Shown piece by piece: positions 41,492 to 56,870 of a stretch of DNA of 64,000 nucleotides. The translations under genes were made by a program, and so were the position numbers. Below the pieces are notes generated by a model. That model was not told where the DNA came from and made no database searches. It saw only the letters and a program-made list of their open reading frames with translations. Source of the DNA: Eledone cirrhosa (taxonomy: Eukaryota). Numbering within the stretch: the stretch's first letter is position 1; the number at the start of each line of letters is the position of its first letter. Location of the stretch: contig OZ024742.1 of assembly GCA_964016885.1 (NCBI GenBank), positions 118,606,001 through 118,670,000 of the forward strand, written 5' to 3'.

Positions 41492-41730
<239 letters not shown>

Positions 41731-41763
41731 ATATATATATATATATATAGTTATGTATATATA

Positions 41764-41802
<39 letters not shown>

Positions 41803-41929
41803 ATATATATGTGTATATATATATATATATGTATGTATATATATATATGTATATATATATGTGTATATATATATATATATATGTATGTATATATATATAT
41901 GTATATATATATATATGTATATATATGTA

Positions 41930-41960
<31 letters not shown>

Positions 41961-42131
41961 ATGTATATGTATATATATATATATATACATATATATACAT
42001 ATATATATATATATATGTATATATATGTATATATATGTATATATATATACATATATATACATATATATACATATATATATATATATATGTATATATATGT
42101 ATATATATATACATTACATATACATATATAC

Positions 42132-42198
<67 letters not shown>

Positions 42199-42312
42199 CA
42201 TACATATATATATATATATATATACACATATATATATATACATACATATATATATATATACACATATATATATACATAACTATATACATATATATACATA
42301 ACTATATACATT

Positions 42313-42372
<60 letters not shown>

Positions 42373-42431
42373 GATGAAGGACTCACTTTTTCATATATAT
42401 ATATATATGTATATATATATGTATATATATG

Positions 42432-42466
<35 letters not shown>

Positions 42467-42583
42467 GTATATATATATATGTATATATATGTATATATAT
42501 ATATATGTATATATATAGATATGTATATATATATATGTATATATATATGTATATATATATATATGTATATATATATGTATGTG

Positions 42584-42670
<87 letters not shown>

Positions 42671-42671
42671 T

Positions 42672-42740
<69 letters not shown>

Positions 42741-42835
42741 ATATATATATATATAGATATATATATATATGTGTGTATATATATATGTATATGTATATAG
42801 TTATGTACATATATGTATATAGTTATGTATATATA

Positions 42836-42882
<47 letters not shown>

Positions 42883-42883
42883 G

Positions 42884-42928
<45 letters not shown>

Positions 42929-43195
42929 GTATATATATATATATGTATAGTTATATATATATATATGTATATTATATATGTTATATGTAATATATGTATA
43001 TATATGTATATATATAATATATATATATATATGTATATATATGTATATATATGTATATATATGTATATATATATATATGTATATATATATGTATATATAT
43101 ATGTATATATATGTATATATATGTATATATATATATATATATGTATATATATTTATATATATGTATATATTTATATACTTATATATATTATATAT

Positions 43196-43395
43196 NNNNN
43201 NNNNNNNNNNNNNNNNNNNNNNNNNNNNNNNNNNNNNNNNNNNNNNNNNNNNNNNNNNNNNNNNNNNNNNNNNNNNNNNNNNNNNNNNNNNNNNNNNNNN
43301 NNNNNNNNNNNNNNNNNNNNNNNNNNNNNNNNNNNNNNNNNNNNNNNNNNNNNNNNNNNNNNNNNNNNNNNNNNNNNNNNNNNNNNNNNNNNNNN
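43196..43395. other. Assembly gap (200 N)
   Basis: Run of N. The round size suggests a placeholder. Confidence 0.98.
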
Positions 43396-44571
43396 AATCA
43401 TCTGTCGTCGCTCGCATAAGTAACACACGCAAACAAATACACATACTTTCACACCTGATTTCGCCAATTGCCGGATAACATCAAAACAAAACGCACAGAT
43501 ACACACATGCACATACATAAACACACATACACACATATCTATACTTATAAAGCTGACGGTCGTATGTATGTCTCTATAATTTAACAGCTTTACTCTCTGT
43601 CGCTCTTCACTCTCTACATGACAACAGTTTTAGTTTCTGTATCTCTCTTCAATATATACACATAGAGAGAGATTTAGAAAACTACACACACACATATCTA
43701 CAGAGAGGAGGGGAAAAGAGAGAGATAGGCTGTTAGACAGAGATACAATTAAAGTGTTAGTTATTCAGAGAGACAGCTGAGCGTTGTATGTATGTATCCT
43801 ACACACCTCCCTATAGTTTCTTAGCTTTACTCTCTCTGTCGCTCTTCCCTCTCTCTATAATAGATCATTCCCCTCTCTATAATTTAACTGCTTTACTCTC
43901 GCTGTTGCTCTTCACTCTCTATATGACAAACACTGTTTTAGTTTCCGTATCTCATTTCAATATATACACATAGAGATAAGCCGTTAGACAGAGAGAGAGA
44001 TACAATTAAAGTGTTAGTTATTCAGAGACAGAGGGGGACCAGCAAGTGACCGAATTTCCAATGACGTTAAATTAAATATTGGCATTAAAATAATTTTGAA
44101 ATAAACAATGTGTATGATAAAATCAAATGTAGCGGTGATTGAAAAATAACGTTTATTTCCGTCATATCTCTTTCATCTGTCGTCGCTCGCATAAGTAACA
44201 CACACACACATACTTTCACACCTGATTTCGCCAATTGCCAGATAACATCAAAACAAAACAGACACACACACATATCTATACTTTATATGTATGTAAGATC
44301 ATTCCCCCTCTCTATATGACAACACTGTTTTAGTTTCCGTATCTCCCTTCAATATATACACATAGAGAGAGAGAGAGAAAGATTAGGAAAACTACACACC
44401 TACAGAGGGAGGGGGGAAAGAGCGATAGGCCGTTAGACAGAGAGAGATATAATTAAAGTGTTAGTTATTCAGAGAGATAGTCGGAAGGACAATGTGACAC
44501 AGGAGGTTGTGTGTGGTATCTTTGCAGTGGAGTGGTGGGGGAAGGTATACCTAGCCAGGCTCCAGCTTAGT
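43396..44571 (+). mobile_element. Internally duplicated repeat, possibly a non-autonomous Helitron
   Basis: A|TCTATACTTATAAAG start-like motif (43538), CAGCTTAGT end-like motif (about 44570) and three partial internal duplications. Confidence 0.4.
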
Positions 44572-45995
44572 ACATATATAAAATTAGGAAACAACTACAT
44601 ATTTGATTGGTAGTTATTACTTCCCTTTATTTTATTCCATGGCTAAATAGTAGTTTGTTTACTGTAATAAAAAAATATACTCTAGTTCCTGATATTACTT
44701 AGCAATTTCTACTTTTTTACATAGCAAGCTACATATTTTAGAAGACATATTCTAAAATGAAAATGGATACTTTTTTTTTTTTTTAATTCGGTAAAATACT
44801 GCGCAACAATAGGAAAATTTTAAAATGCATTTTCTTGTTAACACTTTTTTTTTTTTTGTAATTTTCATTTCACTGCTTCAGTGTGACTAGAAAAATGCAG
44901 ATCTTAACCCTTTTGTTACTGTATTTCTAATGAAATACTTTCAATTTTAAGTAATTAATTAATAATTTGGGAAATATGTACTGAAATTATGATTCCATAT
45001 GTTATAATAAATATGCAATGATGTTTGTAACAAACAAAATGACTTTATATAAAATTATGTTGAAGGCTTTGAGGAGGTACACTTTAAAATAAGTGGCGTT
45101 GTTTCATAGATAAAAGCAGGTTGGTATCTATAGGATTAAAGGTAAATTAGAGCAAAGAGTATATATTTATACTATCTGATAAACATCTCATGATTGTTGA
45201 GATTAAAAAGATTAACTTGTTGAAGCAAATGGTTTTATAATTGGATCTTACTGTTAACCAGCTGCTACTGTTTGGTTTTTTTTAATCAGGTAATCTATTT
45301 ATAATTTAATTATAAAGGAAATGTGTTTGTTTTCAATATCAGTAATAAACACACTAGGATTAAATATAATGATTAGAAAAAATATATTAGGATTTTATAT
45401 AATAGTATATTTTCCTTTCTTAGTGTTAGATTCTTTGCTCAGGATGATCATCATTTTTTGTCCACTTTACATACCGGCATAAATTAGACAAGTCATCCCA
45501 ATCTGAGTTCATAGTCAGAATTACTGATCTCTTGGGTGTGTCAGAGTATCACATCTTGCTCATACCTTACAATTTTGGTATGGTTTCTATGGCTGGATGC
45601 CCTTCCTGATGCAAACTGCTTTACAGAGTGTATTGGGTGCATTTTATCTTAGCACCAACACTTGTGAAGTTGTCTTGTATCACACAAGATGAATATTTAT
45701 TTGTTTCTGTTCAAGGCAACACGGCCGAAAGTTTTTATGGTCTGTGTCATTGAACTTTAAAATAATTGGCAATTTGCCACAGTCGTATATATTTTTCTTT
45801 CTTAATCTGACTCACTTTTTGCTCTCACTCACAAACTAACGAAATATCAGTGGCCCTCAGTTCATTGTCCAATAGATAATTGATGCAGCAATCTGTAGCT
45901 CTAGTGGTCAATATAAAGAAAGAAAACAATTGGTGGAGCCACATTCAAAAATAAACTTAGCAGCAGCAACTAATAATGGTGTCAAGATGTGGTTA

Positions 45996-46030
<35 letters not shown>

Positions 46031-46524
46031 TTTTTTAAGTATTTCAGACCCTCCACACAGCTGAGATTCAGGTAACTGAAGTCTAACATTTTCAGGTCAA
46101 TCTCAATTCACTGGTCGACTTAATCTGTTCAGTTTAACAACAAAAATAGGTCTTTGGATGTTTTTAGCAGGGTTCACTCTCAGTTGGGACATCTTTTAAA
46201 AAGCTAGATGGTCACAGATACAATACTGTTGGAAAAGTAAGTGGTTAGTTACACTTGGAATATTAAAAAAAAAAAAAAAGGTAGATGGTCACAGTTGAAA
46301 TGGCATTAAAAATAAAGACATATAGTCATTACTTGAGCCAGAAAGGTGAGTGAGAATAATATGAGACTGGCAATAAGAGGTTGAAAATTAAAACACTGAT
46401 CAGAACAGAGGTATGTGTTTGCTACATACAGACAAAACTTTGATGAACTAAAATTATCCAAGCGCTTAGTAGATACAAACAGTCAATAAAACTTTTTCAA
46501 CTTAAAATATTACAAGTGTAACAT

Positions 46525-46955
46525 CAGTTTACTGTCTATTTTTCCACACTAGCATGGGTTTGATGAGTTGTCCCATTGTGAGACAAGTCAGATCAGGTGG
46601 CTGTGTCTTGTTCATAGAGAATTCTTTCTGGCATGGTTTCTATGGCTGGATGCCCTTTTTTATGCCAACCACATATACACTGCTGGGTGATTTTGTTGTG
46701 ACACCAACACGACCACTTTACAGTAAGGGCTGGGTGTTTTTTGTTGACACCTTCATGACCACTTTACAGTGTGGGCTGGGTGCTTTTTTTTTTGTTGTGA
46801 CACCAATACAACCACTTAGTGTGGGCTGGATGCTTTATGTTGTGACACCTTCATGACCACTTTCTGGACTGGGCACTTTTTATCATGTCACCAATGACCA
46901 CTTTACAGTGTGTGCTGGGCGCTTTGTCATGGCATCAAAACAACCACTTTAGTGT
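46525..46955 (-). mobile_element. RTE-tailed SINE-like element with ~50 bp internal tandem repeats
   Basis: GGCTGGATGCCCTT core and repeated CCACTTTACAGTGTGGGCTGGGTGC, shared with 61145-61420 and 62530-62690. Confidence 0.55.
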
Positions 46956-47649
46956 GGAGCTACACTGTCATATTTGTATATAGTATATAGAATATTCCCC
47001 AGGGCTATTCCCTCTCGGCCATATTGTTGATATTCATAATTGGCATCTCTACATCCCCTTTATTTCTCTATAAAGTGGTTACTCTTCATTTTGCCAACAT
47101 CTCCCCATGCAGGAGACTGGGATTTGTGTCCTTACTGGAGAGGTATTCCTTTTTTTATAGGTGAAGGTGTGACTGGATGATTAAGGGGTTGGTTTTAGGT
47201 TCAGTTGTGTTGCATGGCAATTTGGGTTAGCAAATGCTTTGTGGGAGGAAACTGCTGGAGCCCGTTGTATATATATATATATATATATACACACGTGTAG
47301 CTGACTGTCTGTATGGGTCATTTTATTTTATAGCATTACGCAGGAGTACACTACTATATATATATATACACATGTAGCTGACCGTTGTTATCATCAACTA
47401 AATGAAAGCAGTGTAAACCAGCATGGCCACAATCTACTGACTGAAACAAGTAAAATAATTGTTTCTACTTTTGGCACAAGGCCAGCAATTATCCAGTGCA
47501 TTACTGGTACTTTATTTTATCGACCCTGTAAGGATGAAAGGCAAAGTTAACCTCGGCGGGATTTGAACTCTGAATGGCAAGGGCCGTAACTATGCGTCAA
47601 AGCATGGCGTCCGACCCTCTACCGATACTGCCAATTAGAGTATATCAAG

Positions 47650-47688
47650 CTCTGTTGAAGAGGTCTAATGAGATTGAAACGTCGATAG
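47650..47688 (+). ncRNA. Degenerate minimal hammerhead-like motif
   Basis: TTGAAGA-GGTCT aatg AGATT-GAAACGTC. Stem I is weak. Confidence 0.35.
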
Positions 47689-49617
47689 TTGTTATCAGGT
47701 GACTTTAAATATAGACCAAATCTGCTCTCATTTGGATAGTCTATATTATCCAGAAATTTCAATCAACTGATCTTACTAGAGTTATCTTCCAGATTTATAT
47801 ATATATATCAAGGGTAAAACAATATATTTGTATGTAGAGTTATTTATGAGAGTATATAAATGCCATATATTTTCAGAGCGAGCTCAATGTTTTATACAAT
47901 GTTGGTTGGAAGAATAAGAAATACTTTAAAGGAAAAAGATATGGAAAGAAAGACAGAGCATATATAAGCTAATAGAAAGATGGAATCGGAATTCTACATA
48001 AGTTCATTGCTTTACATATACACACACTTATGTATGGATATATTTAAACAAGCCAAGGCAGTTTTTATCTACTAATGGTGAGAGGAATCTTTGTTGATCG
48101 AAGTTTTTCAACTCACTATGATACGTTACTGTATTTATAAGCAGAACAAAGCATGTCTCCATCCGACAGATATTTTTGGCACTATCAATCAATCGATCAA
48201 TACAACCATTTACTTGTTTAGCAAACTTTTCAGTTATTTGTTGGCAACACCTCTATAGCTATTTTATATATTTTATTTCTTCGATAATTATGTCTTTAGA
48301 AGTCTCTGGTTACATTCCAGATTCACCATTATAGGATTTTGGTGAAGCGATTTATTATTATTAAGTAACTCACTTATGTTTTCCAAACTCCAACGACCAT
48401 TGTTTTGGTCTGTGTTTTGAAAATAAATTTTGTTTATATAATGATCATAAGTAATTGTTTCAATTGAATAAACAATAGTTTTCGAATTTACGCACGTTAT
48501 TTTTACCGAACAACATCATTCCCAACAATAGTGGTTCGGAGATATCAAACCTGTTACCGTGATGAAAAAAAAATGGAAAATATTCTCCTCAGCTTATGTT
48601 TATTCAGTCTATTTTCTCTTGTCGTTTTTAGAACTAGGGAAGAAGAAAAAAAATTATATGAATTTAAATAAAGCATCCCAAAAGTATACATATTTACAGA
48701 AACTATATCGACAACGAGCGAACGAATAAGCCTCTAAGCGGTCGATCTACCTGCTGGAAATAGTAACCAAATTTCACGCAAAACGTACCTCGCTGTTTTA
48801 AAATAAGGAAGGACATTAGGTAATATAGTTGTAAACATAAAAAAAAACCCCAGAATTGTCACGACTTAAACGTCTTAGATAATAGGCCTGATAATGAAGG
48901 CTGATCTCGGTATAAACAACAACAGTAATGTAATCTAAAGTTTGTGTAACTAATCCAGAACGGAAAACCATCTCCGTGGGATGCGAGAACAACCTTTTAT
49001 TGAAGTGTTATTATTCAGCTTAAGGTAAACACGTGATGTTGTTTGTACACAAGCCAAACCTATGTTGGTGTGGGCGGTTATCTACGGAGAGAAATGCTTT
49101 AAACGGAATGAGTTAGAAAATTAATTATTGATATTCAGAATATATGATTTTCTGCACATATTTAACATATTTATTTCTAAATGTAATTCTTACAAAAAAA
49201 GAAAAAAAACTTTTTGATAAATTTTATATTTGTTGACAGACTTGTTATATTGAAGATTTATTATTATAGAAATCTTCTTGAACAAATATTTGTCATGAAA
49301 TTCAAAGATGTATTAGTTTTATTGACGTGAAGAAAATAGTGATATAAAAGTTTAATAAGTTTTATTAAATAGATTTGCAAAATCTGTCGGAATCGCGAAG
49401 GAAATGCACTTCGGTTCTGTAGAAATAGTGCGAAAGAAGAAAATCTAGGTATCATTGCGCGACGTAACCCCCGCCATTATTGTAGAGTACCTGGCTACAT
49501 GGTGATTACTTTTCCCCTCTCAAAGTTAACTTACACTTTGATATATCTAGTAATTCTTTTTTTTTTTTTTTTCTGTGATAAAAACTAGATATAAACGCCT
49601 AATCGAAGATTAATGCC

Positions 49618-51511
49618 ATGGACGGATACTCTGATGATATGGACAAAGATATTAATCGGTTTAAAGAGGATTTAAGTATGTTCGAAGTACCCTCACCACA
49701 AACATACTGGCAGGAGGTGACAGCTAAAAAATCGGATACATCGGCTGGAGAAGAATTTAAATGCAAACAGAGCCTATATATGGCACACATGCAACAAAAA
49801 CAGGCTGCACAAATGAAATTTCATAAAACGCTTGTAAGTTCATCTGGTTTCGGCTCCGGTCTTGAACACCCGTCTAACTTGCTTCATCACCACCAACAGT
49901 TACATCAACAATTACTACACATCCGAGGAGATTCGAAACCACCGATTCCGATCCTCCTTGGCCAGTCAAATATGGGAGCAAATTCTAATATGAAGCCAGT
50001 AATGTCCATATTTCCTCAGCCAGGTAGTAACTTATTGCCTTTTCATCCTCCGTCTATCACAGGTTCACCTCTTGGAGAACCACCATCGTCCTTGATGCCA
50101 TTTCCTCGTTATCCGGACACGATAGGGTTAAAAAATTCCTCCTCTGCAACTTCGTCTTTTCCAAATAGTACTATTCCGCCACCGCCACCACCTCCCTCAT
50201 CTGCAGCCTTGGTTGCGGCAGCCGCTGCACATGCTTCTCCACCACTTCTACCTCTTCCAGGTATTGTAATGACGACATCCACTTCGACTCCAACTATGAT
50301 ACCTATACAGATAAATTCTAACCAACCTTTGTCTAATACTGCTAATACCAGTGCTAACACCAGATCACAACAATCTGGTTCGACATTTTCTAGTCCTCGG
50401 TCAAGTCTAGGTAGTGGTGGTGGAGCTGATTCTAAAAATTCCAGTCCACGTACCAGTGTCATCGGACCTCCAGCTCCGCCTCTACCGTTGTCTGTAGTTT
50501 ATGATCAACGATTTGGTAGTCCACGATCTAGTATTGCCAGTTCGAAATCTAGTATTAGTGCTGGTTCAATAGATTCCAAACAATCTAGTCCAAGAGCCAG
50601 TCTGACTGGTGTTTTATATGATCGATACCCCAGTCCTCGAACTAGTATTGTTATGAGTAACAACGAAAGGTCTTTCAGTTCCCATCCGGACACCATACTT
50701 AATACGAACACTTACTCATCTCATGTTAATCACCAGGCTATGATGGTACAAAATACCAATGCAGGAGGCGGTTCTCGATCAATTTTAACTGACAGTAGAT
50801 TTAATGAACCAGCTCCACATATTTACAATGAGCTTAAATATCGAACTCATCCTATAATTGTATCTTCTCCTTCAACTGATTTAACATCTGATTCTATAAC
50901 ACAGCCAATTTATGCTAATACTAACCAGTTTTTACAAACATCTGTAAATAATACTACACAAAGTCAAAGTCCTTATGGAAGTATACCTATTCAAATTACT
51001 GCCCACAACATTCCTAGGCCTCCTGTACCAGGTAATATTGCTGCAATGCATTTACCATTATATTATGAAACAATACCTCCGAAAAAGAATGGATTTTCAG
51101 ATGCTGAAGAAAAACTTGCTGCCTTAACACAACAATTAGAAAATGAAATGCGTATATCAACAACTCGTAAACCAGTTGATATTCCTAAGGAACCCCCTCC
51201 ACCTTATCATGGACCTCATAAAACAGAGCCAATGCCTGGTAGTACATCATCAAGAGTTCCTTTGAAATATGCCAATGCACCAACAAGTGTTGCAAATGAA
51301 GATATTGCATCTAATCAGTTTTCTCAGCCCACTTCGACATTTATTCAACCGACTTCCGAATCTCTTCCAAAATTATCTGTCTCGCCACATTTAACTTATC
51401 AAGTGACCCCAGGACCAAGTAAAGGTCCATCTGAAGCAGAAAAGAAACTAGCAGCTTTAACACAACAGCTAGAAGATGACATGGAAAACAATCCTCAGGG
51501 AGAATATTATG
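49618..51511 (+). CDS. jub: Ajuba/LIMD1/WTIP-family LIM-domain protein, first coding exon (pre-LIM region)
   Basis: 631-codon open exon, Pro/Ser-rich, with SPRSS repeats and PPPPY. It ends GPSEAEKKLAALTQQLEDDMENNPQGEYYG, resembling the pre-LIM1 segment of WTIP/LIMD1 (PSAAERRLEALTRELE...DYFG, recalled). GT donor at 51512, phase 1. LIM exons are not seen in the window. Confidence 0.8.
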
Positions 51512-52692
51512 GTAGGTTCGAAATCATTCATTCAACCTAATTTTGTTTTCAGAAACATCAGACACATGTATTGTTTTTGTTTTTTTTACATACATTATCA
51601 TGCATGTTTATTGGGATTTGTGTCAACTAATTTAATAATCTACCATATTGAAATAGCATTGTCCATAATATTGAATGTGAATAATATATTTTGTGATTTA
51701 CGTACAACTGTCGTTTGAATTAAACGATATTTCCATTTAACATGAAGCCTGTATATGTATTATCAATATTTTTGTTTTTACATGGTGAACAAATTTTATA
51801 TTTTTAATGTCAGTGAATATAAAATGATGGAGTCGAGTATAAAGAAAATATTGGCTTAACAGCTTGTTTAATGTTTCGTATTTCGATCCTCTTCCGGTGT
51901 TTCTTTGTGTCTGACTAGGGCACTTAATTCTTTAATTCCGGGGAAATTCATTGCAGTTGTTTAACATAACTGACACCCATGCTTCGTAACTCATTTTTTT
52001 TTGTCAATATTAACTATCGAGTATGTATGACTATTTGTAGTGTAGATGTTCTTTGACAAAATAGATTTCATAAAAATGTAAACTCCTTTAATGATAACTA
52101 TTATTGTATATATGGAGAAAATAATAAAAGAAAAAGCTGTAAGGTTGTCACAGAATTCTGCAAGTATACAATAATATACAAGGGCAGGTCAACAGGATTA
52201 AGCCTAATTTTAGCCCTGTCTATTATGATTGTCACATGTGTCTACATAATTTATTGAAGTAAGACTAAAAGCCCATAGTTTGGGATTTGGTGATCACCTT
52301 AAACTATCATTTCAACAACAATCTCAAAACTGTATATCATTACTCCACTGTATCTTCAACTTTTACACTGATTTATTATTCGAGTGCGTCATCTTTACGA
52401 TGTATAAAATGAATGACGATCGAATTGAGACAGTGTAGAATAGAGAGGGCTCTTTCGTCACGCCGAGGATAAGATAAAAGTTGGTGTTAAGAAGAGTACC
52501 CAGTTATATATACCCTCCTAGACGAAGGGCAGTAACTTCAAATAAAAACTAACTCCGATCGTAACTACACATCAAACTCATGCCAGCATGGAAAACCGAT
52601 ATAAAATGATAAAAAATATCCTGTACAAACATGAGGGTTAATTTTGAATTATAACTTTTCGTCTAAATTTCAGAGATGAGGAATTATCATTA

Positions 52693-53102
52693 TTGTAAAC
52701 TGATTTATTTGAGCTAGTGTCCTTACCTTGTTTGTTATAATGAACCTCTGTACCCTCTAGCCTTCTTTGTGTGCTTGTCATCTTCGGTAATGTTGTCAGG
52801 ATAAATAGCACAGTCGTATAAACGTTGGTTAAGTGTTAAGTACACGAATTTACCTGCTGGTTATAAGTTTCATCCGTGGGACTCTAATCTAAAGAGAACA
52901 CACAAGCGACATCACAGGTACCTTATACACAGGCAACAGAATGAGAAATTCCTGTGGTTTGATTAAAGGGTTCAGTTTGAAATTCCAAGAACATTCATTA
53001 CCTATGACAACAAGCATTTGAAGAAAACTAGAGAGTACATCACCCAAAACGTGATTATAACAATCAAGGTGAGGAAACTAGTCCGAATAAATCAGTTTAT
53101 AA
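52693..53102. mobile_element. Old inverted repeat (~100 bp arms) with decayed HHR-like residue
   Basis: TAAACTGATTTATT..CTAGT..CCTTACCTTG..TTGTTATAA versus its reverse complement. TTGAAGA..CAAAACGTG near 53018-53052. Confidence 0.45.
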
Positions 53103-53559
53103 CATTTTTACACTATATTCTATTTATTCATTTTTTAATACAATATAACAACAAAGCACCCAATCCATCATATCTGTAAATCGGTCGTATTGGTGACACG
53201 AAAAAGCACCCAGTTCACCCTCTAAGGTGGTCGTGTTGGTGACGACAAAAACGCACCCTGTTAGATGGTTGTTTAGGTGCCACAATAAAAAGTACCTAGT
53301 CTACACTTTAATGTGATTGGCATTAGGAAGGGCATCCAGCAGTAGAATCTAAGCCAAATTATAGATTGATATGGGCTAGACATGGTCACCTGACCTGAAT
53401 TATCACATAGCATGACAACCTGTCTAACCCATACAAGCATGGAAAAATAGACATTAAACAGTGATGATGAAATAATACCTAGTTACATTAATATTTTACA
53501 TAAAACTATCGAATCAAAATGAAAGAAAATATTAATTCAATCCGAAGTGTGTCAATCAA

Positions 53560-55790
53560 TCACACAACACACAAAGTGTTGGAGCCTCCCTCTAATATTT
53601 TAGGCAATCCAACGTGATCACAGAATTACAACAGGTGACAGCAAGGCTAAGACACTGGAACAACCAAGCACCCTCGTGTATCACCGGGTACCATTCTTAA
53701 GGCAACCCGCCCACGTTGACAAGAGCTTCATTGTCAGCAGCCCAGCTCTTCCAAATAACTCAAATACCACAAGCTGGAAAAAATAGTTTGTTGATAATTC
53801 CCAGTATTTTGGAATTTTATTCCAGTCAGCTATGGAAGCAGTGACCCTCATATTTACTGCAGCATACAGAATGTGGGAAGGGACAAAAGAGTCACTTACT
53901 GTGGCATCTCAAATGAGACATCTACCTCATACCCAAGAATAAAGGGTAAGACCATCTGGTCTCTTCTCATCAACTCTGGACAATCCAGCCAGCTCCAGAA
54001 TTGAGGGGATATTTACCCCGAGCCATGGCTCGCTTAATAATTATGTTTAGCTTGATATGGCGAGCAAAGCAACTTGCATTCATGTGGTATAACAAACCAT
54101 GAAGACTTCTGGAATCAAGGGACCTACCACAGCGATATTTCATTCCCCCACAGACATCAGCTCTCACTCTGAGTGCAATGGAGATGCAGAACTCATCCAG
54201 ACTGAGTTGGCCATGGGCAGGACATCTATCCAGGCCCTTGAAAATTGATCAGATTGATCAAAGAGAGAGAGTTGAAAGTGTCTCTTGCATATAAATTGTC
54301 CCAAACTCTCTGCTTCAGTTTATCCTCCTCTGTATCAGGAACTGACTATCTTAGCTCCCTCCACTGTAGTAGAACTTCATCCATCTCCCTGTTAGAACTA
54401 ATCCATGTTGGAGAAGATGTTACCTACCAAAGGGGAGCAAGTATAGATGCAGGGAAGAGACAGAGATGAGTATTTATGCAAACCTAGGCCTCCAATTCTT
54501 TTGTACAATGCAGCCTTGTCACAAGAACTTGATGTTGACCAAGCATTCAAAGATTAGGGTGTCAAAGTGTTGGAGAGATTAGAATCTATAGGAGGAACTG
54601 ACTCTGAGCATATACAATAATTTAGGAATCAATTGGTAATTCCTAAATATAAAAAAAACCTTGATTGGGCTCAATTGCCTCAATATTTTTTAGTAGTTAC
54701 TCAAGGTTAGCCATCTTGAATAGAAAGATAGGCTCGAAAGCTAAGTCAGTAATTGGGGCTTCTAGATATCACTATGCTAATGAGGGAGGTACCGTAATAG
54801 AGGGGAATGATTCTGTAAACAGGCCTACTGTCAGCTGATGTGAACCTGGGTGGTTGAGGAGCCAGAGCTCGCATTTGGAACTGTTGATATGGAGGCCCAT
54901 GACCAAGTTCCTTAATCATCATCTACACAGTTTCAAGGACCTTGTGTGGAGGACTCCCTAAACAAGTATCAAGATACCAGACATTCAAATCCAAGTCAAC
55001 CCTTATTTTAGTAACATTGATGCCTAGAGTAGGGCCAAACGATGCAGATATGATGAATTGGACACCAGAGGAAAGGTAGGAGGGCTCTTGATAATCTTTC
55101 CTAGCAAAGTGGTAGAGCTGTGGTGTCCTCTCCTTGACTGTGGAGTAGAAGGTAGTCTTCAGATAAATTTGAGGATAACCTTGAGGACCTCAGTAGGCAA
55201 GTTGATAAAAGCCTTTGTGGCATGGGCAGCTGCCTCAGACCTAACTGAGTAGAGGGAAATTCTGCAAACAGTCTGAGACCGATGACAGACACACTTTTGC
55301 TGTGAGCCATTGCAGAGTACATTAACCTCGAATATAGAGGAGGACTCTCTCAAACAAGATCATGTTGACAAATTGCGTCTGGTTCTCCAAAAGCTCAAGG
55401 CTGGCATCACCAGCTGACAGGGATATAATATCCTTATGATACTGAAGTCATAGATCATCAATCTCCACATGAGAAACGGCAGGAAAAGATGTCATCACTT
55501 TCCTGATGTTATCTGAGGTGAAAACTGGTTGTAAATAACCTGGTGGGCCTGTCCAGTGTAAACAGTCACCTGGGATCTGTATTACATTGAACAAGGGAGA
55601 ACAGAGAAGTGAGGGGGCAAACAGCCCCTTTAATGTCAAATTCACTGAATTTGGCATTGACAACTTTCTTTAGATTTGGTAATCATTCATTGTTAGGAGC
55701 TGTGTTGATCACCGACCTGAGATGAACAGTGGTTGGGGTGGACTTGAGCTGTAGTTTTAGGAAAGATGCAAAGGAATAAGAACAGTTTCT
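53560..55790 (-). mobile_element. Decayed CRE-clade RLE non-LTR retrotransposon
   Basis: EAAAHATKAFI..VILK (RT), CGRSLDSRSLHGL..RHIKLNIIIKRA, RPDGLTL..DAT and EGAWLFQCLSLAV motifs. Confidence 0.75.
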
Positions 55791-56662
55791 GCCAATCCTG
55801 TTTTCCTTCCATCAACTATTTTTTTCAAATACAAAATTAACTCACATAAACTTCTTGAAACCTGTAATTGTATTTTAAAAAAGAATGTTAGCTCATATAT
55901 TTAACATTTTATCCCCAATTTTTAAAAATACTACTTGGTACTGTGATTTATCCATATTTTGTTACTATGTTATGTAGGCCTCTCAAAATCCTTTGTTTGC
56001 TCCAGACATGAATTAGACTGAAAAGGATATGGGATTATGAAGCAGGTGATAGGCTAGACTTCTCATGTTAAGCCTTCTCCACTAATAAGTATCCTCTGAC
56101 AATCAGTGGCTCTATTGAATGAAAGAAAAATAGAGGGAAAATTATGTCAAGAGACTGACCAGGAGGTGGTGTTAAACAAAGTGGTATTTTAAACTGACCC
56201 CTTCAAAAAAAAAAAAAAAAAAAAACCAGGATGTGTTTTATCATGACTTCAATGATAAAGGACTGCACTAGGCAGGAAATTTTCATTTTGGAGTGGTCCG
56301 GAAAATACTTCAGTCCTTATCGGATGCTGATGTTAAACATAGATAGATTTGTTCCACTTTGGAGTATTGCTCACATATCTGGTACTGTGATGCAACTACA
56401 CTGCATACATAACATTACAGTGTCACTTTTTAGCATATCTAACTAGTTTCTATTGTATATCTGATTTATTGTTAATCAGCTTTTCTTATAAATGAAGTCC
56501 ATAATGCTAGCAATGCATTCACCTACAAAACACCTACTTCAAGAATACAGATTAGTCCAACACATTACATTTATTTGATTATAGCTAGAACTTTTTTTTA
56601 TTCCATTACCATCTCTATTCATGAAGCTTTTGAATATTCTTGCTTCTTGCTTGAAATATTAA

Positions 56663-56870
56663 CCCTTTAGCATTTAAACCGGCCAGAAAACTCTTATCCC
56701 TTTCTGTTCAAGCCGGCCGTAACTGGCCACTCATACTTATGTTAAGGTATTCTCAAAATAAATAATATCAAAATCTCATAGATTTAATAATATGAGAGAT
56801 AATTATGTAAGCTAAAGTGTTTACCATGAAAATACAATAGTAAATATAGAGTAATGTAAATGCTAAAGGG
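56663..56870. mobile_element. piggyBac-type MITE
   Basis: Perfect TTAA TSDs and CCCTTTAGCATTTA TIRs. Confidence 0.85.

Noticed and set aside
49380-49500. CpG-containing patch upstream of the LIM gene as a promoter
   Set aside because: Plausible location, but no diagnostic motif. It needs TSS data.
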